Below the pieces are notes generated by a model. That model searched no databases. It was not told the origin of the DNA and worked only from the letters and a program-made list of their open reading frames with translations. DNA of 64,000 bases. Source: a virus. Where the stretch lies: IMG/VR virus record IMGVR_UViG_3300022939_001737, positions 1-64,000 of that record; one strand, 5' to 3'. A program made the translations under genes and the position numbers. The stretch's first letter is position 1. Each line of letters starts with the position of its first letter. This document shows, piece after piece, positions 57,867-64,000 of this stretch.

Positions 57867-58715
57867 TTAATAACCTCTATATGTTTTATCAAAATTGCTT
57901 AATTCTCTATACAACACATCACCATACATTTGTAAATCGTCTATGTTTTGTTTTAATGCATCGCACGTATTAACACAATCTTTTTGTTCTAACGTTAATT
58001 TAGAATTATCTATATTCAAACTTGGTTTTAATACATTATATAACCAATCTATACCTAGAGCAGGTGACGGATGTGGATCTATAAAATCTTTCCATTCATA
58101 TAACAGATCTTGACTTTTCCAACAATATAACCCTATTGGGTCTACCCAATTTTTATTGTCTAATATTTTTTTGTATGGTAAAAAATCTAAATCTTGCCAT
58201 AAATTTATATTACTATTTTGTGCCTCACCATAACTGGAGGGAATATTATAGTCTGAACCTAGTTTTGCAAAGTCCCCTATCGTTGTCATTTTCCAATTAC
58301 AATCTGTAGTTTCTAATAGTTTTATTGTACTATAGATTGCATTCAATGTCAACATTACATAAGATTTTTCATCAAAAAAATTATCAATCCATTTTTTATC
58401 ATAAAGATCTTTATTCGTATATGAAAATAGGCCGCCTTTCGTTTTCCAATTATATTCAGTATCTCTGCCTTTTGGGGGTTGTCTAAACATATGATAATCA
58501 TTACGTAAATGGCTAGTCCATTGAACTACAACAATATCATCTTTTGTAAAATTATTTTTTAAATTACATTCTGCAACTCTATTGGATATTGCAACATTTC
58601 CTATACCGGGTACACCCCAATTTTCAAATTGATCAAATTCTAATCCAAATAAATCTGCATAAGAAGGCCAGGCATAGTTAGTAAAACTACAGCCAAATGT
58701 GAAAAGTCTTTCCAT
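57867..58715 (-). CDS. SGNH-hydrolase-like protein
   Basis: FGCSFT, GIGN, QWTS, DPHP. Paralogue of 10449..11240. Confidence 0.55.
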   Translation of the reverse strand: MERLFTFGCSFTNYAWPSYADLFGLEFDQFENWGVPGIGNVAISNRVAECNLKNNFTKDDIVVVQWTSHLRNDYHMFRQPPKGRDTEYNWKTKGGLFSYTNKDLYDKKWIDNFFDEKSYVMLTLNAIYSTIKLLETTDCNWKMTTIGDFAKLGSDYNIPSSYGEAQNSNINLWQDLDFLPYKKILDNKNWVDPIGLYCWKSQDLLYEWKDFIDPHPSPALGIDWLYNVLKPSLNIDNSKLTLEQKDCVNTCDALKQNIDDLQMYGDVLYRELSNFDKTYRGY

Positions 58716-59647
58716 TATTTTAAAGCAGTCTTTACCTCTTTCACAATTACATCTTCTATCTTTTCATTCATTGCCATTACGCCTTCGTTCTGTCTATCAA
58801 CATATTCATCTACTGTAATTCTTATAGGAGAGTATATTCTTACACCTTCTCCCATATCTAGTATTTTAAATTTTTCCTCATTCGGATAAGAAACATTTTG
58901 TTCAAATGTACTTCCTAATATTACAGTAGCATTTTTTTCAAATGAGTATGCAATATGCTGACCTACACTATCACAACCTAAAAAATGATCTGCTTGAGCA
59001 ATAATTGCACTCCATTCTCTTAGTCCAATACCTTGGGGTATAGCAATAGGTTCTGTAATTCCGTGTTTTTGAAATTCAAATGCAATTTCGCCCATATATA
59101 CAACAGCAAAATCTTTTGTAAGTTTTTTTACTAGACTTAATACATTTTCTGGTTCGAAACTTCTGCCACTAAAATCAGTGATCATACCATTTTCGTTAAA
59201 CACTCCGCGGCCAAAAGGTTGAAATACAATTACTTTATCTTTTTTTGTTTTTTCTTTAACGTCTTTTATAACTTGAGCTCCAGCAATTTTTTCTTGTTTG
59301 CTTAAAACTATTTTTGGTCTAGGTAAGTCTCTTATACCTTTATCATTGATAGCAATATCATATGCTTCTGCTAAACTTGCTTTTTGATTATAGTATTCCC
59401 AAACACGGTATGGCTCAGGACTAACTAGATCCATATCTTTCAATTTGTCTTCAAACAAATTTTTATGCCAAACATCATATGCCTTTGCGTGTAACAAAGG
59501 ATGTCCTTTATAAAAGTCAGTGCCGCCCTCGCATACAATAATAAAATTGTTATCTGGGTTTTCTTCAGCAAATTTTTCTAAAGCAGGTATTGAACAAACT
59601 ACTCTCCCTGCACCACCGTTTATAAAAAAGGCTTTATCTCTTGACAT
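58715..59647 (-). CDS. GT9-like (heptosyltransferase-like) glycosyltransferase
   Basis: GGAGR N-terminal loop, VFQPFG, LREWSAII..AD.F.GCDS..QHIA...V.LGST. Confidence 0.7.
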   Translation of the reverse strand: MSRDKAFFINGGAGRVVCSIPALEKFAEENPDNNFIIVCEGGTDFYKGHPLLHAKAYDVWHKNLFEDKLKDMDLVSPEPYRVWEYYNQKASLAEAYDIAINDKGIRDLPRPKIVLSKQEKIAGAQVIKDVKEKTKKDKVIVFQPFGRGVFNENGMITDFSGRSFEPENVLSLVKKLTKDFAVVYMGEIAFEFQKHGITEPIAIPQGIGLREWSAIIAQADHFLGCDSVGQHIAYSFEKNATVILGSTFEQNVSYPNEEKFKILDMGEGVRIYSPIRITVDEYVDRQNEGVMAMNEKIEDVIVKEVKTALK

Positions 59648-59716
59648 ATTTTAAAATCCTATCTAAGTAATGTACGCACTTATTTATAGGTGATTTTTAT
59701 TTGGTGTAGTCAAAGT

Positions 59717-59739
59717 GAAAGGCGCTCAAGGCGCCTTTC
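59717..59739 (-). terminator. probable terminator after the fibre cassette
   Basis: GAAAGGCGC-tcaag-GCGCCTTTC inverted repeat. Confidence 0.6.
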
Positions 59740-59760
59740 TATTTAAGTATAAATTAGTAA

Positions 59761-60723
59761 TTATATATCTAAATTGTCTATAGCGTTATTTCTAAAATCA
59801 GGTTCCCCTGCGCCTTCTGCTGGATTTCTCAGTACATTAATCTTCCAGGGTTGAACAAGCTTTAATTTAGACATATTCAATTGTGCACCTGTTCCTGTGG
59901 AACTAGTTGTATAAAACACATTGTTGTACGTGCCTGCATCTGTATGATATGTGTGAGCATAAGACGGTGTTGATTTTTTCATCGCGGTAATTGTCCCACT
60001 TTCGTCTACTTCTGTCACAGTCATAAGTATGTCTGGTGCAGACGTACCATTTTTGAATACAGGATCACTAATAAGCAATCTATCATCTACACTGTAGCCT
60101 GAGCCACCATTGCCAATACTAATTGTCCATCCACATCCGTATAGTTCTGGAAACTGTCTTAGATATCTTTTGTACTTTGCTTGTTTTTCATATACTGCTG
60201 TTGGCATATCTTCAGACGTGTTTTTATCTGAAATTTCTAACAAATGATTTCTACGTTCTAACAATGCGTCCCACGTATCTATAGGTGCCTTCCAAGCAAA
60301 TGGTTTAACCCATTCTTGTGCGCCAGGATTGTATGTTATTTCATTTTTTTCGTATACGTGGTCAGGTAACATAGGATTGTTACGACGATAAGGTAAAGGA
60401 CTGTTTGGAATAATTTCTTCTATTTCTTCTACTGATTCAACATCTATTCCGCCCATATCATTAATAATAGCACAAAGTAGTGTATCTTCGTTACAGTCAA
60501 CTTCAACAGCATACTCATCACTAGTTCCGTCATTAAACTGTCCGTTATTCCAAACTTCTTCTGTAATGCAAGACCCAGTAACTTTATTTGTTTCTTTGTA
60601 TACCATTACATATTTTTTTGCAGGACCATTGTATGTCAATGTTCCTGTATTGTTTTGTTCGTTAGTTTGAGAATACTGATCGTCTGTAACCGGATAAGTA
60701 AATTCTTTTGAAATATTTTCCAT
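59761..60723 (-). CDS. tail fibre assembly chaperone-like protein with inserted domain
   Basis: W..L..RRN.LL..SD...Y...LR.FP motif. Paralogue of 62280..62930. Confidence 0.65.
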   Translation of the reverse strand: MENISKEFTYPVTDDQYSQTNEQNNTGTLTYNGPAKKYVMVYKETNKVTGSCITEEVWNNGQFNDGTSDEYAVEVDCNEDTLLCAIINDMGGIDVESVEEIEEIIPNSPLPYRRNNPMLPDHVYEKNEITYNPGAQEWVKPFAWKAPIDTWDALLERRNHLLEISDKNTSEDMPTAVYEKQAKYKRYLRQFPELYGCGWTISIGNGGSGYSVDDRLLISDPVFKNGTSAPDILMTVTEVDESGTITAMKKSTPSYAHTYHTDAGTYNNVFYTTSSTGTGAQLNMSKLKLVQPWKINVLRNPAEGAGEPDFRNNAIDNLDI

Positions 60724-60736
60724 ATTAAAATCCTAT

Positions 60737-61516
60737 TTAATAATAAACCACATATACTAGTCCGCCGCCACCCGGCTCACCTCCACAACACTTCGAGTCA
60801 TATTGTTGCGCAGAGTTTCCACCTGATCCTGGAAACGGAGCGTTACCGTACGCACAGGTACAACCGGCGTGCCAGCTTCTACATCCGCCTGGCCCTATTC
60901 TAAATCCACCAGCAGTAAATGGCGCTGTAGCTGTTGCGCTGTGAGCTTGGTCATAGCAATACTGTGTAGGATGGGCTCTTCCGTGTGTGCCCGGAGCACA
61001 AAAATCAAATGTTCCATTTGTACGTCCGCCACAACACCAACACATTGAACAGCATCCGTAACAGTTTTGGAAGTAAAAACACCTTCTGTAAGGACCGAAC
61101 TGTGCTTGACCTCCACACACTCTTGCTAGCCAGGTGCTGCTACCGCCACCACCTTGGTTACAAACGTGTGAACAACATCCGCAACATCCATATTCTGAAC
61201 TTGGGTCCGTACATTTGCCGCTACCAGCAGCACAGATTTGTATATTATCTCCAGGGCATACATTAATGCCTTTTACAGCATATCCTCCAGACGCTGAGCC
61301 GCCACCTTGTTGACAACAACAAACACCAGGCCCGGATCCGCCACCACTCCAAATTTCAAACACTGCATAGCTTACACCTGCTGGTACTGTCCATAAACAA
61401 CAACGACCACCATTTTCCCAGTTACGAGTGCTTGTATTATAAACCATAAACTCATTAGGCTCAATGGTTTCTCCTGCTTGGTATCCAAATAAATAATCTC
61501 TTAAACTTATAGCCAT
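60737..61516 (-). CDS. Cys/Gly-rich tail-associated protein
   Basis: CCLWTVPAG..FEIWSGGG, C-terminal GGGGLVYVVY. About 28 Cys in 259 aa by hand count. Confidence 0.7.
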   Translation of the reverse strand: MAISLRDYLFGYQAGETIEPNEFMVYNTSTRNWENGGRCCLWTVPAGVSYAVFEIWSGGGSGPGVCCCQQGGGSASGGYAVKGINVCPGDNIQICAAGSGKCTDPSSEYGCCGCCSHVCNQGGGGSSTWLARVCGGQAQFGPYRRCFYFQNCYGCCSMCWCCGGRTNGTFDFCAPGTHGRAHPTQYCYDQAHSATATAPFTAGGFRIGPGGCRSWHAGCTCAYGNAPFPGSGGNSAQQYDSKCCGGEPGGGGLVYVVYY

Positions 61517-61526
61517 ATCGTATTCC

Positions 61527-62279
61527 TTAACTCGCTACCGGATAATATATTGTTACCAATCCGCCTGCGCCATATTGTCCGCAGTATAATGTATTATCGT
61601 GACTTACAGCACTTGCTCCGCCGCCGCCGGGCCAATGTGGATCTCCACCTAGTTGTGTGCCGCAACCCTGACGACAGTAGCTCATTGTTCCTCTGTTACC
61701 TCCTGGTGTAAATGGTGCGCTTGGCATAAATCCGAATGCGTTTTGTGAACAAAAGCTATTTCCTTTTGCACTACCTGACATTCCGCAAAGTCCCATACCG
61801 CCTGTCCAGCTGCCGCAAGCAAATCCTGAGCATCCTTGACAATTACAACCAATCATAAAGTAACAGCGTGTGCCGCCTTGGCCGCCACCGCTTGCACAAG
61901 CAATTACCGAACCACCGTTAACTGCCATAAAACTAGGATTGCCCATACAACCGCAACAGTAACTTTGTGAACATCCTGTAGTTCCCGCTGCACATATTGT
62001 GTATTGTGCGCCTTCTGATACACCTTTTTCAAATTTTCTAGCATAAGAGCCTGAACCACCAGGCCAGCCAGCTCTACAGCAGCACGTTCCTGCGCCGCCG
62101 CCACCGCCGCCCCACATTTCAACAGCAAACCAATTTACACCTGCAGGCACTGTCCATAAGCAGCAAAACCCGCCATTGCTTTGTGTAGTTTTATTTGAGT
62201 TAAAAACGTGAAATTCAGTAAAAGCAACCGAACCTGCTCCACCTTCTCCAACCTGTAGTAGATCTCTTAAACCGGCCAT
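61527..62279 (-). CDS. Cys/Gly-rich tail-associated protein
   Basis: CCLWTVPAG..VEMWGGGGGG, GAGGLVTIYY. About 21 Cys. Confidence 0.7.
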   Translation of the reverse strand: MAGLRDLLQVGEGGAGSVAFTEFHVFNSNKTTQSNGGFCCLWTVPAGVNWFAVEMWGGGGGGAGTCCCRAGWPGGSGSYARKFEKGVSEGAQYTICAAGTTGCSQSYCCGCMGNPSFMAVNGGSVIACASGGGQGGTRCYFMIGCNCQGCSGFACGSWTGGMGLCGMSGSAKGNSFCSQNAFGFMPSAPFTPGGNRGTMSYCRQGCGTQLGGDPHWPGGGGASAVSHDNTLYCGQYGAGGLVTIYYPVAS

Positions 62280-62930
62280 TTATTCGCTCCCTGGTTCTCT
62301 TGGCATTTCTACCTTCCACGCTGCAATTTCATCTGCTGTACCATAACCGAATGTAGCAGGTAAATCTCTTAATTTTTGTCTATAATCAATCCACGGTTGC
62401 TTGATTTCATCTGGCATATCTGGAGATATTTTTCCGTCACTGCCTTCTAATGCACCGTTTCTTCCGTTAAGCACATCTTCCCAAGTAAAAGGTTCACCTT
62501 TCATTGGTCCTAGTGTCCAGCTTGAGCCGTCGTGTACTAATTCGTCTTTATTATATGTTTGACTCAGTCTAGCTACTGCTTCAAACTCTATAACTGTACC
62601 GTCTGGTAAAGTTTCTTGTGTAACTGACTCGTCTGCGTATGTAACTTTATCTTCGCAAATGATTCCCATAATCACAGGATCGTCAGCAGCTACTACTTCT
62701 ACTCGTCTATGGTTTACTGGTACAGGTACTTCTGCACCATCTTCCATTGTAGTCAATACAGGTTGTATTTGACTGAATGCTCCAGTATCTTCGTGTACAA
62801 ATATCCAAACTCTGTCTGGTCCTGTATAAGTTGCTGATGCTGTTAGTCCTGCATCTGTGGTAGATGCATACAACTCGTCAGCAATATTGTACGTAAAGTT
62901 TACTGTTGTTTCTGTAATTGGTGTTGGCAT
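62280..62930 (-). CDS. tail fibre assembly chaperone-like protein
   Basis: WEDVLNGRN..L..SD...W.DYRQKLRDLP motif. Confidence 0.75.
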   Translation of the reverse strand: MPTPITETTVNFTYNIADELYASTTDAGLTASATYTGPDRVWIFVHEDTGAFSQIQPVLTTMEDGAEVPVPVNHRRVEVVAADDPVIMGIICEDKVTYADESVTQETLPDGTVIEFEAVARLSQTYNKDELVHDGSSWTLGPMKGEPFTWEDVLNGRNGALEGSDGKISPDMPDEIKQPWIDYRQKLRDLPATFGYGTADEIAAWKVEMPREPGSE

Positions 62931-62943
62931 CTTTTTCTTTCCT

Positions 62944-63696
62944 TTAAGTATATGAAACTTTTATCATTCCACTAGCACCGTGTTGTCCGTAACAACGTCC
63001 GTCACTACAGGCTCTACCTGTTGATCCAGCACCTGCTGGATTACTAGGAGGTGAACACATATAGTAAACGCCCGATCCTGATGGTTCTTTAGCGCAGTAT
63101 TGTGCAGTTTGTCTATCTGCTTGGAATCCTCCGGAGGTCCAGGTTGATATGTCACTTCTGCAATAACAATTTATATAACTGATGTTTCCTGTTCCGTCCA
63201 TTACAACATCGCCTAAGCCAGTTCCTGATAGTAATCCCCAGCAGCATATATATCCGTAACAAAATCCGCCTCTTGTCATATCAGAGCAGCCGCCGTTTCC
63301 GCCAAGGGCACATCCTATTGTTCCACTTGTTTGTATATCATAAACATAACTTGGTTGCGCTCTAGGTGAGATTCCACAGCAACCATTACAGTCACTTGAT
63401 CCGCCTGCGCAAAGCCTGTATTGACATCCTTCGGCTGTGGCGATAGAAATTTTTGCATATGAACCGCCTGTTGGCATTGTGCCAGCACGTTCACAACATC
63501 TAGCTCCCTGACCTATACCGCCTGATCCCCACATTTCAAATGTAACTCTGGATGTGCCTGCAGGCACTGTCCAAAGGCAGCAACAACCTCCGCTGTTTGC
63601 TCCATTATCATTTAATCTGTGAACATAGAAAACTCTATTAGGATTTCCTATTGACGGCGGTGATTGATCTGAAAGTAGTGTACGTAAACTTGGCAT
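62944..63696 (-). CDS. Cys/Gly-rich tail-associated protein
   Basis: CCCLWTVPAG..FEMWGSGG, GASGMIKVSY. About 21 Cys. Confidence 0.7.
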   Translation of the reverse strand: MPSLRTLLSDQSPPSIGNPNRVFYVHRLNDNGANSGGCCCLWTVPAGTSRVTFEMWGSGGIGQGARCCERAGTMPTGGSYAKISIATAEGCQYRLCAGGSSDCNGCCGISPRAQPSYVYDIQTSGTIGCALGGNGGCSDMTRGGFCYGYICCWGLLSGTGLGDVVMDGTGNISYINCYCRSDISTWTSGGFQADRQTAQYCAKEPSGSGVYYMCSPPSNPAGAGSTGRACSDGRCYGQHGASGMIKVSYT

Positions 63697-63697
63697 C

Positions 63698-64000
63698 TTA
63701 TGTTCCTGAAATTACCCATCCATATGTAGCGCCAGTGTAAATTAAAATTGGTGCTGAGTTGTTAATGTCTATACTCAAATCATCTGCTGCGCCTTGGATA
63801 TTTGCTCCGTTCCTACCAACAGTAATTGCTGATGAACCTGCATTTCCTCCTACGTCAACAATTTGAACAGTATCTCCGTCTTGTAGTGCTCCGCCATCTG
63901 CTGTAGTATTTGGTAGAGTAACAGTAATGCCTCCGGCAGTACAAAGTACTCTATCATTAACACTTGCGCTATAGCTTACACCGGTAGAAACTGTACTAGT
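63698..64000 (-). CDS. tail fibre-related protein, C-terminal part (runs off the window)
   Basis: Manual translation ...ITVTLP..GDTVQIVDVGG...ITVGRNGANIQG...LIYTGATYGW, resembling the T4 gp34-type fibre module. Confidence 0.65.
   Translation of the reverse strand, partial: TSTVSTGVSYSASVNDRVLCTAGGITVTLPNTTADGGALQDGDTVQIVDVGGNAGSSAITVGRNGANIQGAADDLSIDINNSAPILIYTGATYGWVISGT

Noticed and set aside
252-63155. Numerous short ORFs antisense to or nested in long genes (e.g. 252..722, 4177..4644, 17430..17897, 30163..30555, 54746..55177)
   Set aside because: They are shadow frames of well-supported genes with no motifs or independent expression signals.
60737-63696. Diversity-generating retroelement or invertible fibre cassette
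   Set aside because: The paralogues share only short motifs. No near-identical template/variable repeat pair, reverse transcriptase, invertase or flanking inverted repeats were seen in the window.
1-64000. Stop-codon reassignment
   Set aside because: Conserved genes are intact in the standard code, and TAA, TAG and TGA all terminate genes with tight packing.
1-64000. CRISPR array, tRNA or rRNA genes
   Set aside because: Intergenic gaps are short and explained by promoters or terminators. No spaced direct repeats or cloverleaf recognised by eye.

Overview
This is a 64-kb, densely coding segment of a large T4-like (contractile-tailed) dsDNA bacteriophage. Most genes lie on the - strand. Kdo and ADP-heptose genes plus sigma70-type promoters suggest a Gram-negative host, which cannot be named from sequence alone. 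Contents: (1) a replication/recombination module with gp41-like helicase, gp61-like primase, gp62-like clamp-loader subunit, UvsW, UvsY, UvsX, gp32, dNMP kinase, and two stripped-down DnaE (C-family polymerase) homologues of 548 aa and 186 aa. (2) A morphogenesis module with large/small terminase, gp4-like nuclease, tail tube, 1112-aa sheath, gp13/14/15-like neck genes, a 2049-aa structural protein, and a tail-fibre cassette with three Cys/Gly-rich paralogues and two fibre chaperones. (3) A large, dispersed glycan toolkit: KdsA/KdsB with three KpsS/KpsC-like transferases, HldE/HldD/GmhB with a GT9-like transferase, other glycosyltransferases, a sulfotransferase, an APS-kinase-like protein, an FkbM methyltransferase, two carbamoyltransferases and two SGNH-like paralogues. 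Near-consensus sigma70 promoters and T4-late-like TAAATA boxes repeatedly sit only 4-6 nt before start codons, implying widespread leaderless mRNAs. No tRNA, rRNA, CRISPR array or IS element was recognised. All product calls come from motifs recognised by eye; no database search was run.
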